From contig CANRAY010000001.1 of assembly GCA_947628735.1 (NCBI GenBank), forward strand, positions 10,391 through 74,390: 64,000 nucleotides of DNA. Direction: 5' to 3'. This document shows, piece by piece, positions 19,431 to 29,052 of the stretch. Origin of the DNA: an uncultured Clostridia bacterium. Its GTDB lineage: Bacteria; Bacillota; Clostridia; TANB77; CAG-508. Made by a program: the position numbers and the translations under genes. The stretch's first letter is position 1, and each line of letters starts with the position of its first letter. The notes under the pieces were generated by a model that worked only from the letters and a program-made list of their open reading frames with translations, had not been told where the DNA came from and ran no database searches.

Positions 19431-20615
19431 CTACTCCTTTCTTAATCCAAGATATCTATAAGGATTTCCTACATTACCTGTCTTTGCTACTTCCTCTAAA
19501 TCTGTATAAACAGAAGTAATATCTTGAGCTGTTGTATCTCTTCCACCAATTCCATAAACATAACTTAATGCTTTTACATTATTTCCATTTGTATACATTC
19601 CAGATACAACATCCTCAAATAAAACTCCTCCTACACCATTTAAAGAATCAGATTTATCAAGTATTGCCACTGCTTTTAAATGAGATAATGCCTTTGCAAT
19701 TTCTTCAGCTGGGAATGGTCTAAATACACGAACTTTAAGCATACCTGCTTTAATTCCTTTTTCTCTTAATTCATCTACAACATCTTTTGTTGTTCCTGCT
19801 GTTGAATTCATACAAACTACTGCAATTTCTGCATCTTCTAATCTGTATTCTTCAAATAATCCATATTTTCTTCCTGTCATTTTTTCAAATTCTTCTGCTA
19901 CTTCAAGAATTACCTTCTTAGCATTTCTCATTGCTTCTGCTTGTTGATATTTATGTTCAAATAAAAATGCTTGTAAATCCATTGGTCCTATTGCCATTGG
20001 TTCTTTATCATTTAATAAATAATGAGCTGGATGATAACTTCCAACAAATTCTTTTACTTTTTCATCTTCTATCAATTCAATATTTTCAATAGAATGTGAT
20101 GTAATAAATCCATCTTGACATATCATTAAAGGTAATAATACATCTTTATGTTCTGCAATTCTATGTGCCATAATTAAATTATCATATGCTTCTTGGTTAT
20201 TTTCTGAAAATAACATAATCCATCCACTATCACGTACTCCCATTGCATCTGAATGGTCATTATGAATATTTAATGGTCCAGATACAGCACGATTAACCAA
20301 AGACATAACAATTGGTAATCTTAAACTTGAAGCAATATAAATCATTTCCCACATTAATGAAAGTCCATTAGCTGATGTTGCTGTCATAGCTCTTGCTCCT
20401 GCAGCCTCTGCACCTATACAAGCACTCATAGCACTATGTTCACTTTCAACTGCAACAAATTCCGTATCAACACTTCCATTACTTACAAAAGTTGAAAAAT
20501 ATTGTGGAATTTCTGTTGAAGGAGTTATTGGGAATGCTGCAACAACATCTGGATTAATTTGTTTCATAGCAGTAGCTGCTGCTTCATTTCCACTTAATCT
20601 TTCTCTAATACTCAT
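19431..20615 (-). CDS. porA: 2-oxoacid:ferredoxin oxidoreductase, alpha subunit
   Basis: 394 aa, with a typical PorA/VorB N-terminus (GNEAAATAM ... AAFPITPSTEI). Confidence 0.9.
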   Translation of the reverse strand: MSIRERLSGNEAAATAMKQINPDVVAAFPITPSTEIPQYFSTFVSNGSVDTEFVAVESEHSAMSACIGAEAAGARAMTATSANGLSLMWEMIYIASSLRLPIVMSLVNRAVSGPLNIHNDHSDAMGVRDSGWIMLFSENNQEAYDNLIMAHRIAEHKDVLLPLMICQDGFITSHSIENIELIEDEKVKEFVGSYHPAHYLLNDKEPMAIGPMDLQAFLFEHKYQQAEAMRNAKKVILEVAEEFEKMTGRKYGLFEEYRLEDAEIAVVCMNSTAGTTKDVVDELREKGIKAGMLKVRVFRPFPAEEIAKALSHLKAVAILDKSDSLNGVGGVLFEDVVSGMYTNGNNVKALSYVYGIGGRDTTAQDITSVYTDLEEVAKTGNVGNPYRYLGLRKE

Positions 20616-20677
20616 CTTTTTTCTTCCTTTCTTTCATTCAATTTTTATGAAATCATTATTTTTTATTATAAAATCTT

Positions 20678-20971
20678 TTAGTCCTCGCCTTCAGTTTTCA
20701 TTTCTATTGCTCCAAATGGACATACTTTAGCACAAACGCCACATCCCTTGCAATAATCATAATTAAAATCTTTTCTTAATTGGTCTTTTCCAACTGGAAT
20801 TGCATCATCTGGACATACTGGAAAACATAAACCACATTGTTTGCACTTTTCAGAAATATAAACTGGTCTAATACTTCTCCAATCTCCTGTCTTAAATTCT
20901 CTTGCATTACCAGCTTCATAAATATTTCCACCAATTGTTAAATCTTTTGCTGGTGTATTCTTATCTATCAT
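20678..20971 (-). CDS. porD: 2-oxoacid:ferredoxin oxidoreductase, delta (2x[4Fe-4S]) subunit
   Basis: It contains CKQCGLCFPVCP and CKGCGVCAKVCP. Confidence 0.9.
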   Translation of the reverse strand: MIDKNTPAKDLTIGGNIYEAGNAREFKTGDWRSIRPVYISEKCKQCGLCFPVCPDDAIPVGKDQLRKDFNYDYCKGCGVCAKVCPFGAIEMKTEGED

Positions 20972-20995
20972 TTTTTTACCTCCTTTAGGAACTAT

Positions 20996-21577
20996 TTATA
21001 CTTCTTTAATAGATGTTAAAGCCATTTCTAATGCTTTCATATTACCATCAATTACTTCTGGTTTTTTAGCAAATTTATGTTGGAATGAACCTTTCATATC
21101 TTCTAGAAAAGCCTTTTCTTCCATTATTCCACTTACCTTTACAATTGCTGCAAGCATTGGTGTATTTGGAAAATATTTTCCTAAGGTTTCCATTGATACC
21201 TTTCTTGCGTCAATTGTATAAATTTTTCCCTTATATCCATTTAATACTTTTCTTAAGTATTCTCCATCTTTTACTGTATTAATAACAATTGCACCATCTT
21301 CTTTTAATCCTGCTGTAACATCTACACTCTCTAAAAGAGTATCATCTACTACAACAACATAATCAGGCTCATATATGTTACTATGCATACGAATTGGAGT
21401 ATCGCTAATTCTGTTATATGCTGTAATTGGTGCACCCATTCTTTCTGGTCCATATTCAGGAAAACCTTGAATATATTTTCCTGTATTAAAGGCTGCATCT
21501 GCTAATAATAATGATGCTGTCTTTGCACCCTGTCCGCCTCTACCATGCCATCTAATTTCCACTAAATTATTGCTCAT
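20996..21577 (-). CDS. porG: 2-oxoacid:ferredoxin oxidoreductase, gamma subunit
   Basis: It begins IRWHGRGGQGAKTAS. The likely start is MSNNLVEI (21577), about 10 nt after AGGAGG; the track ORF starts at 21601. Confidence 0.88.
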   Translation of the reverse strand: MSNNLVEIRWHGRGGQGAKTASLLLADAAFNTGKYIQGFPEYGPERMGAPITAYNRISDTPIRMHSNIYEPDYVVVVDDTLLESVDVTAGLKEDGAIVINTVKDGEYLRKVLNGYKGKIYTIDARKVSMETLGKYFPNTPMLAAIVKVSGIMEEKAFLEDMKGSFQHKFAKKPEVIDGNMKALEMALTSIKEV

Positions 21578-21611
21578 TAATAGAAAACCTCCTTTTTTCA
21601 TTAATAACTAC

Positions 21612-21640
21612 AGTATATTATTTTAGCTTTTATCTGTCAA
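21612..21640 (-). promoter_or_regulatory. Promoter of the por operon
   Basis: The minus strand reads TTGACA-N17-TATACT. Confidence 0.55.
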
Positions 21641-21685
21641 TAAATCTTGAGCAAAAATCCTCTAAGTTAATTAGAAGATAATACA

Positions 21686-21724
21686 TAAAAAAAGTATGTA
21701 AATATATTTATTACATACTTTTTA
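21686..21724 (-). terminator. Terminator of the WalRK-like operon
   Basis: The minus strand reads AAAAAGTATGTAA-loop-TTACATACTTTTTTT. Confidence 0.7.
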
Positions 21725-21754
21725 AATCCGTAAGACTTAAGCTATTTTCATTAT

Positions 21755-23179
21755 CTATTTAACTGCTGGTAAACGAATAACAACCTCTGTTCCTTTTCCT
21801 ACTTCACTCTTAATATCTATGCTTCCTCTATTTTGACTTAAAATTTCTTTTGCAATAGAAAGTCCTAAACCAGTTCCACCCATTTCTCTAGTACGAGCCT
21901 TATCTACTCTGTAGAATCTTTCAAAAATTCTATTTAAATCTTCTTCTGGAATTCCTATACCATTATCTATAACTTTAATATAAGCATCATTATAGACAAA
22001 GCCAACATATACCTTAATAGTTCCCTTTTCAGGGGTATATTTTATAGCATTTGATAAAATGTTTAAAACAACTCTTTCTATTCCATATCTATCTGCTTTG
22101 ACCGGTGGGACACTAGCTGTTACAAAACATTCTACTTGATGTTCTTTTTTCTCAATTTCAAATCTTAATTTTTCTTGACATTGTTTTACAAGCTCTCCTA
22201 AATCGAACTCTGTTTCCTCAGTTCTAGCTTTTTTACTATCATATTTTGAAAGTGTTAATAAATCTGTTACCAATTTGGCCATTCTTCTAGCTTCTGTTGC
22301 AATAACATTTAGAAATTTGCTTTGTGTTTCTTTATCATATTCTCCCTCTAATAGTGTATCAGCATAACCCATAATTGAGGTAATTGGTGTTTTCAATTCA
22401 TGCGATACATCTGCCACAAATTCTTTTCTCATATTGTCCAATTTAACATGTTCAGTAATATCTTGTATTACAACAACAATTCCACCCGGAAGATCTTTTT
22501 CATCTTGAAATGGAGCAAATAATATATTAATATATTTCTCCCCAATATTTTTTCTTTGCTCAGATGATGTCCAATTCTCTAGGTAAATAATCTTTTCCAT
22601 ATTAATATCAATATTTAATTTGTTAAATACTTTTTCAAAAGTATTATCTTTATCGTTTAATCCTAATAAATTTTTAGCAGCTGGGTTAATATGTATAATA
22701 TCTCCATTTATGTCAAAAGCTATAATTCCATCTGTCATATGTAAAAGAATAGTTTCTATTTGTTTTTTCTGCCTATCTACCTCATTAAATTTTTGCTTTA
22801 GTTCTGTTGTCATTATACTAAAAGCATTTTCTAGATCTCCTACTTCACTATTTGCCTTTGATGTTTGTGCAATTTCAATATTTTCTCCTGACGCAATTTT
22901 TTCTGCACTCTTTATCAATTTTTTCATTGGAGAAATCAAAACTTTAGACACAAAAAGACCAACCAGCACAGAAATAACAGCATATGCAACGCCAGAAATT
23001 ATCAGCATAATCTGTACTTTATTTATTTGAATATCTAATGTATCAGCATATATTTGCATACCTTCCATTGCTTTTAACTCTTGTAAAATGGAAAGATAGC
23101 CTAAACCCAAACCTCCAATTAATAAAAGCCCAATTATAAAAAAGATTAATACGATTTTTACTTGTAAATTTCGATTCAT
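21755..23179 (-). CDS. Sensor histidine kinase, WalK/PhoR-like (TM-HAMP-PAS-HisKA-HATPase)
   Basis: It has two TM segments, a PAS region (MTDGIIAFDINGDIIHINPAAKNLLG), the H-box EFVADVSHELKTPITSIMGYADTLL, and N, G1 and G2 boxes (GGTGLGLSIAKE). Confidence 0.88.
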   Translation of the reverse strand: MNRNLQVKIVLIFFIIGLLLIGGLGLGYLSILQELKAMEGMQIYADTLDIQINKVQIMLIISGVAYAVISVLVGLFVSKVLISPMKKLIKSAEKIASGENIEIAQTSKANSEVGDLENAFSIMTTELKQKFNEVDRQKKQIETILLHMTDGIIAFDINGDIIHINPAAKNLLGLNDKDNTFEKVFNKLNIDINMEKIIYLENWTSSEQRKNIGEKYINILFAPFQDEKDLPGGIVVVIQDITEHVKLDNMRKEFVADVSHELKTPITSIMGYADTLLEGEYDKETQSKFLNVIATEARRMAKLVTDLLTLSKYDSKKARTEETEFDLGELVKQCQEKLRFEIEKKEHQVECFVTASVPPVKADRYGIERVVLNILSNAIKYTPEKGTIKVYVGFVYNDAYIKVIDNGIGIPEEDLNRIFERFYRVDKARTREMGGTGLGLSIAKEILSQNRGSIDIKSEVGKGTEVVIRLPAVK

Positions 23180-23188
23180 ATTTTTCCC

Positions 23189-23938
23189 TTATTTTGATGA
23201 TAAATAATATCCTACTCCTCTTTTGGTAATTAATATCTTAGGACTTGATGTATCAGTTTCAATTTTTTCTCTAATTCTTCTAATTGTTACATCTACTGTT
23301 CTAATATCTCCATAATATTCATATCCCCATACCTTTTCAAGTAGAGCTTCCCTTGTAACAACTTGTCCTGGTTGATTTGCTAAATAACGAAGTACCTCAA
23401 ATTCTCTTAATGTTAAATCTATTACATTTCCTCTTACTTTTACTTCAAATTTATCTAAATTTAAAATTAAATCTCCTAATTCAATTACATTATCATGGTT
23501 TTCTGCTTGTCTCATAGCTGGTTGAAAATCTAATGCAGGATTCATTGTTACTTCTGCTTTTCTTAAATTAGCTTTTACTCTTGCCATTAATTCTCTTACA
23601 CTAAAAGGCTTTGTAATATAATCATCTGCACCTAATTCTAATCCAACGATTTTATCGATTTCTTCATCTTTTGCAGATATCATAATAATTGGCATATTAT
23701 ATGAATTTCTTATCTTTTTACATACAGTTAAGCCATCTATTTTTGGAAGCATAATATCTAACAAAATCAAATCCGGTTTCTTTTCAAATGCAATATTGAT
23801 TGCTTGTTCGCCATCATTTGCTTCTAAAGTATTATATCCTTCCTTTTGTAAATTATATACTAAAATATCTACAATTGGTTTTTCATCATCCACAATTAAT
23901 ATCGTCTTTTTTTGCTCGTCAATATTATTCTCTTCCAT
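23189..23938 (-). CDS. OmpR-family response regulator, WalR/PhoP-like
   Basis: It has a receiver domain (ILIVDDE ... LLDIMLP) and a winged-helix domain whose VWGYEYYGDIRTVDVTIRRIREKIE closely resembles WalR/YycF. Confidence 0.88.
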   Translation of the reverse strand: MEENNIDEQKKTILIVDDEKPIVDILVYNLQKEGYNTLEANDGEQAINIAFEKKPDLILLDIMLPKIDGLTVCKKIRNSYNMPIIMISAKDEEIDKIVGLELGADDYITKPFSVRELMARVKANLRKAEVTMNPALDFQPAMRQAENHDNVIELGDLILNLDKFEVKVRGNVIDLTLREFEVLRYLANQPGQVVTREALLEKVWGYEYYGDIRTVDVTIRRIREKIETDTSSPKILITKRGVGYYLSSK

Positions 23939-24106
23939 ATAGAAATTTCCACCTTTCTTTTTTTACACTTATCTGTATTAAAACCCCACTATATGTTTTT
24001 CCGTAGCAAATTATATTTACCATATTTATATCACAATCAAATAAATTGTACAAGTATTTTCATTATTTTTGTAATATTCCTTTAGCTAAAGAAAGAATTT
24101 TATTTA

Positions 24107-24166
24107 ACTAAAAGAAAGATTCTTTTACTTGAAATAAATTGATTTATTTCAATAAGAATCTTTCCT
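24107..24166 (-). terminator. Long compound hairpin downstream of ftsH
   Basis: The minus strand reads GAAAGATTCTT-ATTGAAATAAAT-CA-ATTTATTTCAA-G..-AAGAATCTTTC followed by TTTTAG. Confidence 0.55.
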
Positions 24167-24202
24167 TTTACGCATATCAATATTTTATAAACTCAAAACT
24201 AT

Positions 24203-26011
24203 TTACTCTCCAAAAATTGCGTCAAATTCTTCTCCATCAATCTTCTCTTTTTCTAGAAGAACTTGAGCTACGCTATGCAATTTATCAATATGTTCCCTTA
24301 ATATTGTTTCTGCTTTTTTGTAAGCAAAATCTACAATACTTTTTACTTCTTCATCTATAACTCCAGCTGTTTCTTCTGAATATTCCTTTGCTTGAGCAAA
24401 ATCTCTTCCTAAAAATACCTCTTCTTGTGTTTGACCTAAAGTAATAGTTCCAATTCTTTCACTCATACCATATCTTGTTACCATGTTTCTTGCAATTTTA
24501 GTAGCTCTTTCTATATCATTACTTGCTCCTGTTGATATATCATTTAATATTAATTGTTCTGCTACTCTACCACCTAGCAAAGATACAATATTTTCTATCA
24601 TTTCTGTTCTAGACATAAATGATTTATCTTCTGTTGGACGATACATTGTATATCCTCCAGCCATTCCTCTTGGTACAATTGAAATTTGATGAACTGGATC
24701 TTGTGTTGGTAAAAATCTACTAACAACAGCATGACCTGCTTCATGATATGCTACTAGTTTTTGTTCTTTGTCACTTCTAACTCTTGTTCTCTTTTCTGGT
24801 CCCATAGTAACTTTAACCATAGCATCTTCTATTTCTGTCATTCCTATTTCTTTCAAGTTTCTTCTAGCAGCTAAAAGAGCTGCTTCATTTAAAACATTTT
24901 CTAGATCAGCTCCAGAAAATCCTGATGTATTCTTAGCAATTGTTTTAAGTTCAACATCATCAGCTAATTTTTTCTTTCTACTATGAACTTCTAGTATTTG
25001 TTCTCTTGCCTTAACATCTGGACTAGATACTACAATTTGTCTATCAAATCTTCCCGGTCTTAATAATGCTTTATCCAATACATCTGGTCTGTTAGTTGCA
25101 GCTAATACTATAACACCTTCATTTTCTGAGAATCCATCCATTTCTACTAACAATTGATTTAATGTTTGTTCTCTTTCGTCATGTCCTCCTCCAAGTCCGG
25201 CTCCTCTTTGACGTCCTACAGCGTCAATTTCATCAATAAATACTATACAAGGAGCTTTTCTCTTTGCTTCTTCAAATAAATCTCTAACACGTGATGCACC
25301 AACACCAACGAACATTTCTACGAAATCAGAACCACTTATAATAAAGAATGGTACTCCAGCTTCACCAGCTACTGCTTTTGCTAATAAAGTTTTACCAGTA
25401 CCAGGTGCTCCTACTAAAAGAACTCCTTTTGGAATTCTAGCACCCATATCTGTAAATTTCTTTGGATTTTTTAAGAATTCTACTATTTCTTCTAATTCTT
25501 CTTTTTCTTCATCTACTCCGGCAACATCATCAAATGTAACTCTATTTTTATCTGTTGGTCCAAGTACTTTTGCTCTACTTTTTCCAAAAGACATTGTCTT
25601 AGTTCCGCCACCAGCTTGGTTTCCTCCGCTCATAAATAAAAACCAGAAGATTAAGAAAATAATAAGAATTCCGAATGGTGTAAGTAAACTTAATATCATA
25701 ATAAAGACAGATTCTGATTTTTCACTAACTACAATAGAACCCTCTTTCATATTAGTTTGCAAAGTTTCCATTAAGCTATCAATACTTGGTATATTTACCT
25801 GCTTCACCAGATTACTATTCTTCAAAGTTACTTCAGCTGTTGATCCATCTGCAGATATTTCTATTTCTTTAACCTCTCTTGCTTCAATTTTAGTAACTAA
25901 CTCTGAATAAGAAAGCTTACTATTATCATTATCAAATACTGCACTAATTAGCACAACAAATATAATAATTATTATTAGCCAAGTTGCTAATGTCTTTATA
26001 CTATTTTTCAA
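24203..26011 (-). CDS. ftsH: ATP-dependent zinc metalloprotease FtsH
   Basis: It has two TM segments, an AAA module ([23 protein letters not shown]), the zinc site HEAGHA, a TTG start and the RBS AAGGAGG. Confidence 0.97.
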   Translation of the reverse strand: MKNSIKTLATWLIIIIIFVVLISAVFDNDNSKLSYSELVTKIEAREVKEIEISADGSTAEVTLKNSNLVKQVNIPSIDSLMETLQTNMKEGSIVVSEKSESVFIMILSLLTPFGILIIFLIFWFLFMSGGNQAGGGTKTMSFGKSRAKVLGPTDKNRVTFDDVAGVDEEKEELEEIVEFLKNPKKFTDMGARIPKGVLLVGAPGTGKTLLAKAVAGEAGVPFFIISGSDFVEMFVGVGASRVRDLFEEAKRKAPCIVFIDEIDAVGRQRGAGLGGGHDEREQTLNQLLVEMDGFSENEGVIVLAATNRPDVLDKALLRPGRFDRQIVVSSPDVKAREQILEVHSRKKKLADDVELKTIAKNTSGFSGADLENVLNEAALLAARRNLKEIGMTEIEDAMVKVTMGPEKRTRVRSDKEQKLVAYHEAGHAVVSRFLPTQDPVHQISIVPRGMAGGYTMYRPTEDKSFMSRTEMIENIVSLLGGRVAEQLILNDISTGASNDIERATKIARNMVTRYGMSERIGTITLGQTQEEVFLGRDFAQAKEYSEETAGVIDEEVKSIVDFAYKKAETILREHIDKLHSVAQVLLEKEKIDGEEFDAIFGE

Positions 26012-26144
26012 ATCAAATCCTCCTTCAATGTCATTTGTACTTTTACATTATAGAAATATAACATAGAAATTTTTCATTTTCAAGGTTTTTCAATAAAGTT
26101 TTTTTCCTGTTATCGGCTATTTTCAAGGCTTTTATTACGGATAC

Positions 26145-27182
26145 TTATGTTCTACCCATGAAAAAAATTTTACCTTTTTTCACGTAAACTTTAAGATTTT
26201 TTCGAGGAATCAAATATTTATTTCCAACATGATTATCACATAATTTAATAATATCATCTATATGTACTTTTTCTATTCCCTGTGTTGTTCCCAATAATTT
26301 ATTAATAGTATATAAAATCATTCTTGATTTTATGACATTATCTAATTCTCTAAATTTCTTCAAATTTAAAATAATATTTTTTGAATAACCATTTCCTTGT
26401 TCTTCTATAACTGCTTTTTCATCTAAATTATCTCCAGCAATTTGGATATTTTCGAACTCCTTTTCCACAATTTTGTGGAAAAATTCTTCATCATCCTGCA
26501 TAATTTGTGATAATCTATTCAAAGTTTCTACAATATTAGGATTAAATTCTTTTTCAATACTTGGAATTAAAATATTTCTAATTTTATTTCTTGTATAAAT
26601 ATTCTCTTTATTTGTTTTGTCATATCTAGGATGTAATTGTTTTTCTTGACAATATTGTTCAATCTCTCTTCTTGTACATGTTAAAAGTGGACGAATAAAT
26701 TTATTATCTCTTACTTTTTCAATTCCTTTTAAACCAGTTGTTCCACTACCTCTCATTAAATTCATTAAAACTGTCTCCGCATTATCATTTGCAGTATGAG
26801 CTGTTGCAATTTTATTTGCATTTACTTTTTGAGCCACCTCATCAAAGAACATATATCTCATATTTCTTCCAACAAGTTCTGTACTTTTTTTCTCTTCTTG
26901 TGAAATCTTTGTAACATCTACTTTTTTAACATAAAAATCTATATTGTATTTCTTACAATATGCTTTTACATATTCTGAATCGTCATCTGCTTCTTCTCTT
27001 ATCATATGATTAATATGTGCTACAGCAAGATGTATTCCTAGTTTATCTTTCAATGAATAAAGCACATTTAATAAAGTCATTGAATCTGGACCACCAGATA
27101 CACCAACAACAATAGTATCGCCATATTTAATTAATTCATACTGTTTTATTACATTTAAAATTTTTTCTTCTAAATTATCCAT
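26145..27182 (-). CDS. tilS: tRNA(Ile)-lysidine synthase (short form, 345 aa)
   Basis: It has the PP-loop SGGPDS near the N-terminus and keeps the tilS-ftsH neighbourhood. No hprT lies between them. Confidence 0.88.
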   Translation of the reverse strand: MDNLEEKILNVIKQYELIKYGDTIVVGVSGGPDSMTLLNVLYSLKDKLGIHLAVAHINHMIREEADDDSEYVKAYCKKYNIDFYVKKVDVTKISQEEKKSTELVGRNMRYMFFDEVAQKVNANKIATAHTANDNAETVLMNLMRGSGTTGLKGIEKVRDNKFIRPLLTCTRREIEQYCQEKQLHPRYDKTNKENIYTRNKIRNILIPSIEKEFNPNIVETLNRLSQIMQDDEEFFHKIVEKEFENIQIAGDNLDEKAVIEEQGNGYSKNIILNLKKFRELDNVIKSRMILYTINKLLGTTQGIEKVHIDDIIKLCDNHVGNKYLIPRKNLKVYVKKGKIFFMGRT

Positions 27183-27193
27183 ACTATTTTACT

Positions 27194-27226
27194 AATTTCC
27201 CCCAAGAGATCTTCTTGGGGGAAATT
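27194..27226. other. Perfect 14-bp GC-rich hairpin between dnaB and tilS
   Basis: AATTTCCCCCAAGA-gatct-TCTTGGGGGAAATT. The T-run (TTTCCTTTTTATT) follows it on the plus strand only. Confidence 0.8.
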
Positions 27227-27235
27227 TCCTTTTTA

Positions 27236-28570
27236 TTATCCTTCTCTATATTTATCAATACTTGCAAATTTAGTATAATTGCTAAGCCACAAAAGTTCTA
27301 CTGTACCAGTTGAACCAGATCTATGCTTTGCTAAAATAACTTCTGCTATATTTTTCTTTTCACTATCTTCGTTATAATAATCATCTCTATATAAAAACAT
27401 AACAATATCAGCATCTTGTTCAATAGATCCAGATTCACGTAAATCGGCTAACATTGGTCTGTGATCTGGTCTTTGTTCTGGAGCACGAGAAAGTTGTGAT
27501 AATGCAATAACCGGAACATTAATTTCTTTTGCTAAAATCTTTAAAGAACGGCTGATTTCAGCAATTTCTTGTTCACGGCTTGAACTTCTTTTTCCACTTC
27601 CTTGAACTAGTTGTAAATAATCGATAACAACTAATCCAATATTTTTTTCTAACTTTAACTTTCTACACTTTGCACGAATTTCCATAATAGAAATACCAGG
27701 TGTATCATCAATAAAAATATTTGATTCAGAAAGCTGTCCAGAAGCACTAGCAAGTTTTGCCCATTCATCATCATCTATTGTACCTGTACGCACTTTATTG
27801 CTATCTACCATTGCCTCAGAACATAAAATTCTATTTACCATTTGTTCTTTTGACATTTCCAAACTGAAAATAACTACAGGAACATTTGCACGTACTGCTG
27901 CATTTGTTGCAATATTAAGAGCAAAAGCTGATTTTCCCATAGCAGGTCTTGCAGCAATTAATATTAAATCTGAATTATGAAGTCCTGCTGTTTTAAAGTC
28001 TAAGTCTGCAAACCCAGTAGGCACTCCAGTAATATGTTGCTTTTGATTATATAATTGTTCTAGTTGAGTAAAAGTATCCACCAATACATCTTTAATAGAA
28101 CTATATCCTTTTTGATTTCTTTTTTGCATTACCTCAAAAATTTTCTTTTCAGCACCATCCATAATTGTTTCTACATCTTGAGTTGGATCATATCCCAATG
28201 TAATTAATTCATTAGCAGTTTTAATTAAATTTCTTAAAACTGATTTTTCTTCTACTATCTTTATATATTGTTCTACATTAGATGTAGTTGGTACTTTTTC
28301 TGGAAGAGAAGCAATATACTCAAGCCCACCTACTGAATCTAGTTTTCCAATAGAAGAAAGTTCAGACTTTAACGTAATAATATCTATTGGTTGACTTTGA
28401 TTATACAAATTTAAAATAGCATCATAAATTGCTTTATTATCCTCACGATAAAAATCTTCTGGCTTTAGAACTTCTATAGCAGATGAAACAGCATCTCTAT
28501 CTGTTAACATACTTCCAATAACAGCTTGTTCAGCTTCTATATCATTTGGCGGTACTTTTCCCAGTTCCAT
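27236..28570 (-). CDS. dnaB: Replicative DNA helicase (DnaB/DnaC family)
   Basis: It has PPNDIEAEQAVIGSML, Walker A (ARPAMGKSAF) and Walker B (VVIDYLQL). The likely start is MELGKV (28570), which follows GGAAGGAG. Confidence 0.95.
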   Translation of the reverse strand: MELGKVPPNDIEAEQAVIGSMLTDRDAVSSAIEVLKPEDFYREDNKAIYDAILNLYNQSQPIDIITLKSELSSIGKLDSVGGLEYIASLPEKVPTTSNVEQYIKIVEEKSVLRNLIKTANELITLGYDPTQDVETIMDGAEKKIFEVMQKRNQKGYSSIKDVLVDTFTQLEQLYNQKQHITGVPTGFADLDFKTAGLHNSDLILIAARPAMGKSAFALNIATNAAVRANVPVVIFSLEMSKEQMVNRILCSEAMVDSNKVRTGTIDDDEWAKLASASGQLSESNIFIDDTPGISIMEIRAKCRKLKLEKNIGLVVIDYLQLVQGSGKRSSSREQEIAEISRSLKILAKEINVPVIALSQLSRAPEQRPDHRPMLADLRESGSIEQDADIVMFLYRDDYYNEDSEKKNIAEVILAKHRSGSTGTVELLWLSNYTKFASIDKYREG

Positions 28571-28583
28571 AATTACTCCTTCC

Positions 28584-29030
28584 TTATTCACTAATTACTT
28601 GAATTTTTAAAGGACCAAAAACGCCTTCATATAACTTTACATTTACTTGGAAACTACCAAGTGTTTTAATAGGCTCCTTTACTTCTATTTTCTTTTTGTC
28701 TATATCATAACCATATTGCGCTTTCAAATTTTCTGAAATTTCCTTTGAAGTAACTCCTCCAAATATTTTTCCATTTTCTCCAGCTTTTACTTTTACTTTA
28801 AGTAAAATACCTTTTAATTTTTGAATTAATTCTTCTGCACTCTTTTTTTCCATATCTTTTTTATACTGATTAGCATCTTTTTTGTTATTCAACTTGCTCA
28901 TGTTTTCTGCATTTGCTTCTACTGCTAATTTTTTAGGGAGTAAATAATTTCTAGCATATCCGTCACTAGCATTAATGACTTCATCTTTTTTTCCTACACC
29001 TTTAATATTGTCTAATAAAATTACCTTCAT
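28584..29030 (-). CDS. rplI: 50S ribosomal protein L9
   Basis: MKVILLDNIKGVGKKDEVINASDGYARNYLLPKKLA is canonical L9. Confidence 0.97.
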   Translation of the reverse strand: MKVILLDNIKGVGKKDEVINASDGYARNYLLPKKLAVEANAENMSKLNNKKDANQYKKDMEKKSAEELIQKLKGILLKVKVKAGENGKIFGGVTSKEISENLKAQYGYDIDKKKIEVKEPIKTLGSFQVNVKLYEGVFGPLKIQVISE

Positions 29031-29052
29031 ATTTGCCTCCTTAAAATTAATT

